Source of the DNA: Gammaproteobacteria bacterium
GTDB lineage: Bacteria > Cyanobacteriota > Vampirovibrionia > Vampirovibrionales > JAJTHC01
DNA length: 64,000 nucleotides
Direction: 5' to 3'
NCBI GenBank assembly: GCA_040375445.1
Contig: JBEISK010000005.1
Span: 3,546 to 67,545 of the forward strand
Position 1 is the first letter of the stretch; the number at the start of each line of letters is the position of its first letter. The translations under genes were made by a program, and so were the position numbers. Under the pieces are notes generated by a model. That model was given only the letters and a program-made list of their open reading frames with translations, was not told the origin of the DNA and did no database searches. Of this stretch, positions 9,036-18,021 are shown piece after piece.

Positions 9036-9944
9036 TTAGCCCTCTCTTTGGCTTTCGCTGAGCAATTCCCGAACATGTAAGGTATCAATCAACCGCAACG
9101 TCCCCAATCGCGCCGCCACAAGCAAGCGACTATGACTCGTCAAGAACGCCTGTGGTTCAAAGGTCTCATCATCGACGGCTTCGACATACTCCCACTGAAG
9201 TTCCTGCCCCAAGGGATACATGGGTTGTAGTGCTTTCCACGAAAGTTCAAATGCCTTTTGAAGATTCAACGGCGGAGCCGTAGGAGCCTGATTTAAGGTA
9301 TGAAACGCCACCGCAAGCCCTTGCATGGTTTCAAATAAGGCGAGTGCCGTTTGACGCTCTTCAGGGGTATTGATGTATTGATTGCGTGACGACAATGCCA
9401 AGCCGTCGCTGTCACGCACCACAGGATGCACCAACAGTTGAATAGGGAAGGCTTTGCTTTTAATCAAGGCTTTAATTACAGCGACTTGTTGGGCGTCTTT
9501 CTGTCCAAAAACAGCGAGTTGAGGTTCTACCAGGCTAAACAGTCGATGCACCACGGTGACGACGCCGTCAAAATGCCCCTTGCGACTCGCACCGCATAAG
9601 CGGTTGGCGATTGATTCTTCCGCGTAATGCGTAATCTTAAGCCCGTCAGGATACATCACCTCAACAGACGGGGCAAAAATAGCATCCACTTGATCGTTTT
9701 GGCAGGCGATGAGATCCGCTTCAAAGGTACGTGGGTATCGATCTAAATCTTCATTCACGGCAAATTGTGTCGGATTCACAAAAATAGACACAATGACAGC
9801 GTCTGCGTTCTGGTGGGCGTCTTTAACCAAGGCTAAATGCCCTGCATGGAGGTTGCCCATGGTCGGTACCAAGGCGATCTTTTTCGATGCTTGGGATTGT
9901 TTCCAATTTTGAAGTTCTTCTAGTGTTCGTAAAACGATGGTCAT
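9036..9944 (-). CDS. panC: Pantoate--beta-alanine ligase
   Basis: VPTMGNLHAGH, SIFVNPTQF, FGQKDAQQ, LALSSRNQY, RLIDT. Confidence 0.97.
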   Translation of the reverse strand: MTIVLRTLEELQNWKQSQASKKIALVPTMGNLHAGHLALVKDAHQNADAVIVSIFVNPTQFAVNEDLDRYPRTFEADLIACQNDQVDAIFAPSVEVMYPDGLKITHYAEESIANRLCGASRKGHFDGVVTVVHRLFSLVEPQLAVFGQKDAQQVAVIKALIKSKAFPIQLLVHPVVRDSDGLALSSRNQYINTPEERQTALALFETMQGLAVAFHTLNQAPTAPPLNLQKAFELSWKALQPMYPLGQELQWEYVEAVDDETFEPQAFLTSHSRLLVAARLGTLRLIDTLHVRELLSESQREG

Positions 9945-9961
9945 CGAGTTGTCCTTTTTTC

Positions 9962-10630
9962 TTAATCAAAGTAATGGCGTTCTTGCTGAATAGTCGTGAG
10001 CTTTCCGTGTCCTGTCACCACGGTGGTGTCCACATCTAGTACATGTAAACGTTGGGTAATGGAACGATAGATGGCGAATTCGTCGCCTCCCCACAAGTCG
10101 GTGCGACCAATGCCTCCGTGAAAAAGCGTGTCGCCTGCCACCAAAATGCCTTGCGATTCCAAGTGAAAACAGCAGGAACCAGGTGTATGGCCTGGGGTCA
10201 CCAGCGTTTGGTGCGTGCCTAAGTCGTCCAAATCAAGCGTTTGTCCGTCTTTAATAAAGCCGTCAGGGGGGAGCGTTTTTTCTTGGTGGAGGGGGAATCC
10301 AAAGAGTTGGCATTGTGTTTCCAGCATATCCCACAAAAAGAGGTCTTTTTTGTGGAGGAAGAGGGGGCAACCTGTGGCTTTTCGCAAAGCTTCGGACGCT
10401 AAAAAGTGGTCGAAATGGGCGTGGGTATGGTACACCGCTTTAAGCGTGAGTTTATAGGTGCGTAAGCATTTCAGGAGTTCATCGGCATCACCCCCTGCAT
10501 CGATGATGACGGCTTCTAGGGTAACGGCGTTGTAGACCAAGGTGCAATTGCATTTCAGGGGGCCTACAGCCGTCACCAGCACATGAATGTGCTTGGATTG
10601 CGTTTCAAGTGGGATCCATTTTAGTGCCAT
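9962..10630 (-). CDS. MBL-fold metallo-hydrolase (glyoxalase II-like)
   Basis: THAHFDH, TPGHTPGS, GDTLFHGGIGRTD, GHG motifs. Confidence 0.92.
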   Translation of the reverse strand: MALKWIPLETQSKHIHVLVTAVGPLKCNCTLVYNAVTLEAVIIDAGGDADELLKCLRTYKLTLKAVYHTHAHFDHFLASEALRKATGCPLFLHKKDLFLWDMLETQCQLFGFPLHQEKTLPPDGFIKDGQTLDLDDLGTHQTLVTPGHTPGSCCFHLESQGILVAGDTLFHGGIGRTDLWGGDEFAIYRSITQRLHVLDVDTTVVTGHGKLTTIQQERHYFD

Positions 10631-10666
10631 GATGCCTGTGTCCTTTTGAAGTTTCTCTATTTGTAT

Positions 10667-10794
10667 TGTCCCCCTCCTAATTTTAGGAGGGGGTTAGGGG
10701 GCGGTTAAACTCACCAACAGCGTCTAGGGTTTAACCTCACCCTCGAACGTCTAACGACGTTCTCTTCCCTCTCCTAAAATTAGGAGAGGGGACA
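10667..10794. repeat. Full-length family A element (REPIN/MITE-like, terminal inverted repeats)
   Basis: Left end tgtccccctcctaattttaggagggg; right end ccctctcctaaaattaggagaggggaca. Confidence 0.9.
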
Positions 10795-10928
10795 GGACTT
10801 TCACAAAATCCTATATAGCATAACGGAATTGTAAAAGATTTACAAACAAATAAAGACAAGCGTTGCAAAATATGATATGCTGGTTTCATCTTGAAGTCTG
10901 AATGAAGATTTCAAAGCTATGAGGAAAT

Positions 10929-11378
10929 ATGAACCCTATGCCAAGCGGTCATTTTTTGTTTAAGCTTTCTCCCAAGAAAGTGGACTTTGTCGGTTTGTTT
11001 GCGATGGTACTCGCCTTATTTTGGATCGTGAGTGTGACCTTGTTGAATGAAAAACACTTGTTGGAATCCCAAGCAGATGGGGATCAGTTGGTGGTCTTTA
11101 CAGCTCAATGGTGTGCGTCTTGCGTCACATTAGTACCGAGCATTCAAGGGGTGTCTACTCGTTTGGGCATACCGTTTACGAAAATTGATGTGGACGATAC
11201 CAAAGCAACGGCTCAAGCCCGTCAATTTGGCTTGACGATTCCTCGTGCAGATTTACCGCAGGCGTATTACATTCAATCAGGTAAGCAAACGTTGGTGTTG
11301 AACGGTAAGCAATATACACCGAATCAAAGCAAGCAGGCGGATGCGGATGTAACGATTCAGTTGAACCGTTTGCGATAG
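10929..11378 (+). CDS. Membrane-anchored thioredoxin-like protein
   Basis: N-terminal TM helix; VVFTAQWCASC motif; KIDVD strand. Confidence 0.8.
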   Translation: MNPMPSGHFLFKLSPKKVDFVGLFAMVLALFWIVSVTLLNEKHLLESQADGDQLVVFTAQWCASCVTLVPSIQGVSTRLGIPFTKIDVDDTKATAQARQFGLTIPRADLPQAYYIQSGKQTLVLNGKQYTPNQSKQADADVTIQLNRLR

Positions 11379-11471
11379 ATTTCTCCTCTATTTAGTAGAC
11401 CTTACTATAGAAAATGTTTTTGGCAACGAAACAATAAGGAAGAATCCCTCTTGTTTTTATAGGAACTTGCC

Positions 11472-12479
11472 ATGTCTAAACTGCTTACAATTTTTACCTA
11501 TGCGTCTTGGGGACTAGGAGCTTTCTTTGTGGGGGCGAGTATTTTTGTCTGTATTTTGTACTTTTTTGCTCAAAACACACTGTCTCGTTACCTCTTTGAT
11601 GCGGCGTGGGTTTTATATCAGAAGCAATACTATAAAACAGCCTTGTTTGTTTTAGAAAGAGTTTTTCAATATACGCCGAACCATCCTTTGCTGTTTTATA
11701 CAATGGGCTTAATTCACCTTGAACTGGGTCACTTTGAACGTGGGAAAGATTATTTCTATATGGCTTTGCTTCAAAATAGTGAAGATCCTCTCTGTCTTTA
11801 TCAGTTAGGCGTTTTAGAATATCAATCCGAACACTATACCCTAGCGATTGATCACTGGATTAGTGCGATTCAATATCAAGAAAAACCTGAAGCCGATACA
11901 TACTATTATATAGGACTGGCGTATGACGCGTTACAGGAATTCCAAGCCACTTACGAAATTTTTCAACAAGGGTTGGAATTGGATCCAGGACATCAAGACA
12001 TGCTCACTTCAATGGCATATACCTGCTTAAATTTAGGAAACTTGGATGAATGTCGAATTTATTTAGAGGCTTTGTCAGAGTTTGGGGATCTTTCGGCTGA
12101 AGCGTATTACGTCATGGCATTGCTTTATGTGGAACAGGGGGATTTAGAAGAAGCCTTTAAAGCGATAGAAGATGCCGTAAGCTTGGATCCTAAAAACGTG
12201 GAAGTGCTTAATACGGCAGGAGTTTTAGCCATGTTGAATGAAGATGCGGATAAAGAATTGGCCCTTAGTCGTTTGGAAAAAGCTAGCAAAAATTACACGA
12301 AAGGGCAGGAAGCCGTTTTGTACAATTATGCGATTGCTTTAGGCGTTTCAGAAAATGCCGTGATGGCTCGACGGATTTTACGTTCGTTTACAAAGTTAGA
12401 AGTGGATGGGGAACTGCGTCGCAGTGCCACGCAGGCTCGTTTGATTTTACAGAAGCAGAATGTGATGACTACTATGTGA
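11472..12479 (+). CDS. Membrane-anchored tetratricopeptide repeat protein
   Basis: N-terminal TM; repeated YYYIGLAY/AYYVMALLY..A...DP TPR patterns. Confidence 0.85.
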   Translation: MSKLLTIFTYASWGLGAFFVGASIFVCILYFFAQNTLSRYLFDAAWVLYQKQYYKTALFVLERVFQYTPNHPLLFYTMGLIHLELGHFERGKDYFYMALLQNSEDPLCLYQLGVLEYQSEHYTLAIDHWISAIQYQEKPEADTYYYIGLAYDALQEFQATYEIFQQGLELDPGHQDMLTSMAYTCLNLGNLDECRIYLEALSEFGDLSAEAYYVMALLYVEQGDLEEAFKAIEDAVSLDPKNVEVLNTAGVLAMLNEDADKELALSRLEKASKNYTKGQEAVLYNYAIALGVSENAVMARRILRSFTKLEVDGELRRSATQARLILQKQNVMTTM

Positions 12480-12489
12480 TATAGTATGA

Positions 12490-12897
12490 TTACAGTTCAA
12501 AGCGATCAGGCAGGAAGTCAACGACGTTTTTTTGTGTCAACACGCCTTGAGCATCCCGAAAAACCAGCACGGTATCGTCCCCACAAAACTCGACCAAAGA
12601 CTGTCGACACGCCCCACAAGGGGTGATGTGATGATGCGGCGTTTTGGCGCCATACACGGCGATCGCCACAATGGCATCCGCTTGCTTGCCTTGTGAAACC
12701 CATGAAACCAACGCCGTGCGTTCGGCACAAATGGTTAAGCCAAAGCTGGCATTTTCGACGTTGCATCCGTGAAGGATCCCACCAGACGCAAGAAGCAACG
12801 CTGCTCCCACAGGGAATTGACTGTAGGGTGAGTAGGACGCTTCGCTGGCTTTTTGGGCTTCCGCAAACAAGGCTTCCGCTTGGTGTTGTTCTAACAT
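12490..12897 (-). CDS. cdd: Cytidine deaminase
   Basis: YSPYSQFPVGAALL, NVENASFGLTICAERTA, PCGACRQ. Confidence 0.96.
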   Translation of the reverse strand: MLEQHQAEALFAEAQKASEASYSPYSQFPVGAALLLASGGILHGCNVENASFGLTICAERTALVSWVSQGKQADAIVAIAVYGAKTPHHHITPCGACRQSLVEFCGDDTVLVFRDAQGVLTQKNVVDFLPDRFEL

Positions 12898-13376
12898 GAA
12901 AGCTCCTTTTCTTTGAGATGCTTTAAAAAGCCTACGCTGGAAATCTGCACCAACTGATACACATGCTCAAACCCATCGATACCCCCATAATAAGGATCAG
13001 GCACCTCAATTTCGCTGAAATCGCCCAAGCTGTAATCCAAGAACAAGGTCAATTTCTTCGCCAGTTCAGGGGTGGGAGCAATCAGCGAAGCATCCCGCAA
13101 GTTACGCTTGTCCATGACGAGCAGGTAGTCGAATTCGGTGAAGTCTTCGGCGGTGAGCTGTCTCGCACGTTGCGTGGTAAGGTCTATGCCGTATTGAGCG
13201 GCTTTGTCGATCGAACGCTCATCGGGTAGACATCCGACGTGATAGTAATGCGTCCCTGCCGAATCAACGTGGATTTTGTCGGCAAGTCCAGCGTCTTTCA
13301 CGAGATATTCCAAAACGCCGTGGGCGAGGGGGGATCTGCAAATGTTGCCCATGCAAATCATCAAGACTTTAATCAT
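12891..13376 (-). CDS. Low-molecular-weight protein-tyrosine phosphatase
   Basis: CMGNICRSP P-loop; DSAGT; VPDPYY. Confidence 0.95.
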   Translation of the reverse strand: MIKVLMICMGNICRSPLAHGVLEYLVKDAGLADKIHVDSAGTHYYHVGCLPDERSIDKAAQYGIDLTTQRARQLTAEDFTEFDYLLVMDKRNLRDASLIAPTPELAKKLTLFLDYSLGDFSEIEVPDPYYGGIDGFEHVYQLVQISSVGFLKHLKEKELSC

Positions 13377-14545
13377 AATGGGGTTCCTTCTAAAACAAGT
13401 TCAATCACACGAGCCTGATCGCTTTTGCTCAAATGCGGAGACGAGGGTAAGTTGATGCCTCTTTCCCACAAGGCATAGGCGTTTTCAAACTGAGAGCGAG
13501 GCTCCTGCAACGACGCTTCCACCAAAAACGGATGCACATAGTCAAAGGCGGTAAATGGCATAAAGACAGGTCGCACCTGCACACCACGAGTCTGTAAAAA
13601 GCCTTGCAAGCCTTTGCGTCTGGCGTGATTTTCCACATAAAGCAGATTCAGCCAATAGCTTGGTGTGATGTGTTCAAAGGCGTTTTGATACGGCGGATTG
13701 TGATGATGCACAAAATCCAAAGACGCTTGCCCCTTAAACGTCTGAAGATACCCATCCGCAATGCGACTCTTGGCATCTAAAAACGCAGGCAGTCGCTTGA
13801 GTTGGCTGATGCCTAAGCTGGCGTGCAAGGCGTTCATTCGCAGGTTGAAGCCGAGGGCATCGTGGAAGAGTTCGCCACTGCCGTAGCACTTGGCTTGTGT
13901 GCTTTGGTGCTTAATTTTAGCGAGTAAGTCGTGGTCTTCCGAAACCAAGATGCCTCCGCTGGCGGTGGTGAGGGTTTTGTTGACGTTGAAACTATAAAAG
14001 CCGTAATGCCCGATCGTACCTACAGGTTTGCCTTCCACCAGCGTGCCGAGCGATTCGGCGGCATCTTCAATTAGAATCAACCCTTCGGCGTCGCACCAGT
14101 GACGTAATTTTAGTAGTTCAGGCATGGCAAGTCCGTAAAGATGCGTCACCAACACGACTTTCGTGTGGGGGGTTTTGGCGGATTGATACGCCTCAAGCGT
14201 GGGGGCAAAGGTGAGCGGATGCACATCCACCAAGCGGAGGCGGTGCTTTTGGTACAAAAACGGATGAATACTGGCCACAAAGCTGGTCGCTGGGCAAAGG
14301 ACTTCCGTGCCTTGGGGCAAATCGAGCAAGTGCAAACACATCCACAAGGCGGACGTGCCTGATTGTGTGGCGACGCATCCCAAATCGGGGCTGGCTCCCC
14401 ATGCGTGGAGCTGGGCAAGAAAGGCGTCTTCAAAGGTTTCCACCACAGGAGCGGCAGACGAAATCCAACCGTCTCGCAAGGTGGATGCCACCGCTTGCAC
14501 GTCGTCTTCATTCAAATCAGCTTCACACAGGGGAATGGATTTCAT
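13373..14545 (-). CDS. DegT/DnrJ/EryC1/StrS family PLP-dependent aminotransferase
   Basis: SGTSAL, IEDAAESLG, YSFNVNKTLTTASGG, GFNLRM, GINLPSSP. Confidence 0.9.
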   Translation of the reverse strand: MKSIPLCEADLNEDDVQAVASTLRDGWISSAAPVVETFEDAFLAQLHAWGASPDLGCVATQSGTSALWMCLHLLDLPQGTEVLCPATSFVASIHPFLYQKHRLRLVDVHPLTFAPTLEAYQSAKTPHTKVVLVTHLYGLAMPELLKLRHWCDAEGLILIEDAAESLGTLVEGKPVGTIGHYGFYSFNVNKTLTTASGGILVSEDHDLLAKIKHQSTQAKCYGSGELFHDALGFNLRMNALHASLGISQLKRLPAFLDAKSRIADGYLQTFKGQASLDFVHHHNPPYQNAFEHITPSYWLNLLYVENHARRKGLQGFLQTRGVQVRPVFMPFTAFDYVHPFLVEASLQEPRSQFENAYALWERGINLPSSPHLSKSDQARVIELVLEGTPL

Positions 14546-14687
14546 AATAAGGACTCTAGTACTAAAGGCTACAGTCCTTATTTTACATGATTTTCTAAGT
14601 TTGGCTTTCATCTTGAATAAAAAAGCCCAAACTCACCTTCAATGTTATAATAGAAACAAGAACGCTCTAAACATAGGAGAAATTGCC

Positions 14688-15305
14688 ATGCCCCTTCTTG
14701 AATCTACTGCAACCGCCACAACTCTTGCCACGCCCACCAGCCAAACCTTGATCTGGAAGTACATGGGAAGCGTCGGCTTGTGGAGCGTCTTGATTATCGG
14801 CGGATTGGTCGCTTTTTTGTGGCTTCTGAAAACCAAGCCCGAAGTCGTGCAGATCATCCGCAGTTGGGTGGGTATGGGGCATCCGCCGAGTCAAGAAGAC
14901 GAAAGCAAGCTTAAGGTCGAAGAAACCTTAGAGCTTGACGAAAACAAGCAATTGATGATTATTCAATGCGAACACGAGCGTTTTCTCGTGTCTTCAGGCG
15001 CCGATGGCTTGCGTTTTCTCACCAAGCTAGACAGTAGCCAAGCTTACGTGGAAGCCTTGCAAGACGCCTACGAATCTGAAAAAACCACGCATGAAGATGC
15101 CGCAGGCACACGAGGCATGGCGATTACCCCCAATGATACAGGCTATAGTCCTGCTAGTACACAAGCAGGGGTCACGGCTCCGACTAGCCCACGTTCAGGC
15201 ACCTTTTTACAAGGGGTGAGAAGTCTCTTCCCGTTGACACAGGGGACGCCACAGTCATGGGGGACTACTTCGTCGTCATCGCATCCACCATTCGGCTTAA
15301 AATAG
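14688..15305 (+). CDS. fliO: FliO-like export-gate assembly protein
   Basis: AGGAG RBS; one TM then LKVEETLELDENKQLMIIQCEHERFLV (FliO cytoplasmic domain); directly upstream of fliP. Confidence 0.75.
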   Translation: MPLLESTATATTLATPTSQTLIWKYMGSVGLWSVLIIGGLVAFLWLLKTKPEVVQIIRSWVGMGHPPSQEDESKLKVEETLELDENKQLMIIQCEHERFLVSSGADGLRFLTKLDSSQAYVEALQDAYESEKTTHEDAAGTRGMAITPNDTGYSPASTQAGVTAPTSPRSGTFLQGVRSLFPLTQGTPQSWGTTSSSSHPPFGLK

Positions 15306-15360
15306 CGAAGGCTCTGAAAAATAAGGCATTTGGCGTGCTTTAATAAGCGTGTATAACTGC

Positions 15361-15490
15361 TTGTCCCCCCTCCTGATTTTAGGAGGGGGTTAGGGGGCGG
15401 TTAAATCCTCAAACGAAGTCTAGGGTTTAACCTCACCTCGAACGTCTGAAGACGTTCTCTGCCCTCTCCTAAAATTAGGAGAGGGGACAA
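15361..15490. repeat. Full-length family A element
   Basis: Colinear near-copy of 10667-10794 with the same terminal inverted repeats. Confidence 0.9.
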
Positions 15491-15528
15491 GACAAGAACA
15501 CCCCTTCAAGAAAAAGGAAGACACCCCC

Positions 15529-16188
15529 ATGGCGACCGCCGCTTTTTCAGGAGCCTTTGCCAATTTAGACCCTGCCTTGCAGCTCATGTTGCTGATGGCA
15601 AGCTTGACCCTGCTTCCCTTTATGGTGTCAGGCATGACGAGTTTCTTAAGGTATGTCATTGTTTTTTCCATTCTCAAGCAAGCCATGGGAACCCAGCAGG
15701 TTCCGCCTTCTATGGTCTTAGTGGGGCTTGCCTTAATCCTCACCTTTTACACCATGAGTCCTGTTTTTGGAGAGATGTACACGGCGGTGAATCCCTTATT
15801 GAATAACCCCAAATCAAATGTCATGGATATTATGAACAAAGGCGTGGTGCCGTTGAAGCAATTTATGATGCGTCAAACGCGAGAGGAAGATGTGCGTATC
15901 TTCTTAGAAGTGTCTCGTAAACGAGCCCCCGAATCGGTGAACGACTTAAGTATTTGGGAAATTACGCCTGCCTTTATGTTGAGTGAATTGCGGACGTCCT
16001 TTGAAATTGGCTTTGTCATTTTCATTCCCTTTGTCATCATCGATTTGGTGGTTGCCAACATCTTGATGGCACTGGGGATGATGATGCTGTCGCCCACGAT
16101 TATTTCATTGCCGTTTAAGATCTTGATTTTCATTGCGGTCGACGGTTGGTCTTTAATTGTCAGAGGTCTCATTCAAAGCTTCAACTAG
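15529..16188 (+). CDS. fliP: Type III export gate protein FliP/SctR
   Basis: MTSFLRYVIVFSILKQAMGTQQVPP, PAFMLSELRTSFEIGF, LGMMMLSPTIISLPFK..VDGW. Confidence 0.93.
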   Translation: MATAAFSGAFANLDPALQLMLLMASLTLLPFMVSGMTSFLRYVIVFSILKQAMGTQQVPPSMVLVGLALILTFYTMSPVFGEMYTAVNPLLNNPKSNVMDIMNKGVVPLKQFMMRQTREEDVRIFLEVSRKRAPESVNDLSIWEITPAFMLSELRTSFEIGFVIFIPFVIIDLVVANILMALGMMMLSPTIISLPFKILIFIAVDGWSLIVRGLIQSFN

Positions 16189-16206
16189 GAACTGTCTGTA
16201 AGAAGT

Positions 16207-16355
16207 CTCCCTCACCCCACCATGGTCGAAAAAGTTAAAACTTTTTCTCCTGGGAAAGAAAACCGTTGGTTTCCTCTCCCAACCTCTCCTTCCTAAAGGC
16301 GAAGATTCACTTCGTGAATAAGAAGGATGTTTACCTCTCCCAAAGGGAGAGGGAG
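16207..16355. repeat. BoxC-like repeat interrupted by module B
   Basis: ctccctcaccccacc ... [module B 16246-16319] ... cctctcccaaagggagaggga. Confidence 0.7.
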
Positions 16356-16393
16356 TAAAGCCCCCTAAATCCCCTAAAGAAAGTGTTGCCCCC

Positions 16394-16804
16394 ATGGATT
16401 ACCTACTCGAACATGTGAGACAAGGCATCTTATTGAGCCTCATGCTTTCAATGCCCCCTATTTTAGCGGCGGCGGTGATTGGTTTAATCGTGGGTATTTT
16501 ACAAGCCGTCACCCAAGTACAAGAACAAACACTTTCCGCTGTGCCTAAAATGATTGTGGTTTTTTTGATACTGATTTTAGCAGGGGGTACGATGCTTGAA
16601 ATGTCTGGGCAGTATATTCGCGAATCCATGCAACTGGCGTTTCAAGTGGTTCCAGCGACAGGGCATTTCTTGTTACCGCCTCAGCAAAAAAATGCAGGCT
16701 ATCAAAAAACGGCGGGTGAAAAAGGCACCGTTTATATGATTCAAGAAAAACGTCAAGCTCGTAATTCGGCTCAAGCCAGCCGTAAAACCATGGAAACGCC
16801 GTAA
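16394..16804 (+). CDS. fliQ: Type III export gate protein FliQ/SctS with C-terminal extension
   Basis: GLIVGILQAVTQVQEQTLSAVPK motif; 136 aa versus about 89 aa typical. Confidence 0.9.
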   Translation: MDYLLEHVRQGILLSLMLSMPPILAAAVIGLIVGILQAVTQVQEQTLSAVPKMIVVFLILILAGGTMLEMSGQYIRESMQLAFQVVPATGHFLLPPQQKNAGYQKTAGEKGTVYMIQEKRQARNSAQASRKTMETP

Positions 16805-17610
16805 TGGCAGGTTTTGAATCGTTATTACAAGGCTTTCACGTCTTACATGCCCAAGCCAATGGAGGCATTGATGCGGGGCTTTTGATGTTATGTCGCTTTG
16901 GTGGATTCATCAGCATTGCCCCCGTACTAAGCCGTAAGGATATGCCCCCCCAATTTAAAATTGGGTTGCTCTTAATGCTTACCTTTGCGATGATGTCTCA
17001 TCCTTCGGTGCAGGCATCCGCCAATATCTTGAAAAGCACCGTCATTACAGAGTTTATGATGCTTATGGTCATCAACATTGTGCTAGGCTTATTCCTTGGG
17101 TTTGCCGTACGACTTATTTTTGAAGCGGTGTCTATGGCAGGCGGATTCATTACCATGCAAATCGGGCTTCAAATGGCGAGTATGATGGATCCTTCTACCA
17201 AGCAAAGTTCAGCGATTATGGGGCCTATTTTCAGTGGTGTTGCGTCAATTATTTTTGTCTACGTCGGAGGCATTGAACTATTGCTTAAAACACTGGACAA
17301 AAGCCTAGGACTGGTGCCGTTGCACGTGTTGAATGTGGCGTTTTTTAAGGTGATTACGGTCTATCAGTGGATTGATACATCGGCGTCGATTATTCCGCTG
17401 GCCATGTTGATTTCCGCACCGTTTTATATTACGACGATTTTGATGGATTGTATTTTAGGCATCGTGAACAAAACCGCTCAACAGATCCCTGTGTTTCAGT
17501 TGAGTGCGAGCATCAAACCCCTATTGGGTTTGATTATCTTTTTCGTGACGGTACCGACCTTGTTTCCCCTCATCCGCCATATAATGATCACCATGTTGCT
17601 GCGGATTTAA
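16804..17610 (+). CDS. fliR: Type III export gate protein FliR/SctT
   Basis: RFGGFISIAPVLS, MAGGFITMQIGLQMASMMDP, KTAQQIPVFQLSASIK; 1-nt overlap with fliQ. Confidence 0.9.
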   Translation: MAGFESLLQGFHVLHAQANGGIDAGLLMLCRFGGFISIAPVLSRKDMPPQFKIGLLLMLTFAMMSHPSVQASANILKSTVITEFMMLMVINIVLGLFLGFAVRLIFEAVSMAGGFITMQIGLQMASMMDPSTKQSSAIMGPIFSGVASIIFVYVGGIELLLKTLDKSLGLVPLHVLNVAFFKVITVYQWIDTSASIIPLAMLISAPFYITTILMDCILGIVNKTAQQIPVFQLSASIKPLLGLIIFFVTVPTLFPLIRHIMITMLLRI

Positions 17611-17620
17611 GCATATTATT

Positions 17621-17648
17621 CCCTCTCCTAATTTTAGGAGAGGGGACA
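17621..17648. repeat. Single family A hairpin
   Basis: ccctctcctaattttaggagaggggaca. Confidence 0.8.
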
Positions 17649-17793
17649 AAGCCGTTTGCTTTACAACCAAAAAAACATGGGTTTTAGGCACTAGTCAAAA
17701 GAAGCTTCCCTTTGTCATAATGAAAAAGAGTAGCTCTTTGAAAATTAACAAAAAACAGACGTGAGGGTCAAGAAATCGACTCAAATCCCTTTA

Positions 17794-17941
17794 TTGTGTG
17801 TGTCAAAAAACGAGTTTTATGTGTCAGAAATAGGGGTTTCGTGTGACGAGAATCGGTATTTCGTGTGTCGAAAATAGGGGTTTCGTGTGTCAGAAATGAG
17901 GGTTTCGTGTGTCGAAAATTAGATTTCGTGTGTCGGAAATT
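17794..17941. repeat. Seven direct repeats with 21-22 bp period (iteron-like)
   Basis: Core TTTCGTGTGTC(A/G) starting at 17794, 17815, 17837, 17859, 17881, 17903, 17924 (first two degenerate). Confidence 0.85.
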
Positions 17942-18021
17942 ACCTCTTTTCACTAGCCTTTTTTATTTTTATGGCATAATAAAAATTGATTATACCTCCG
18001 AAACGTAAAAGGTGTTTCTCT

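Noticed and set aside
14307-14687. N-terminal 127 aa of the tracked 332-aa ORF
   Set aside because: Overlaps the aminotransferase on the opposite strand; AGGAG RBS supports a start at 14688.
17794-17941. Possible CRISPR array, or the 61-aa ORF 17768..17953
   Set aside because: The 22-bp period leaves no room for unique spacers and no cas genes are present; the period is not a multiple of 3, so the ORF is probably incidental.
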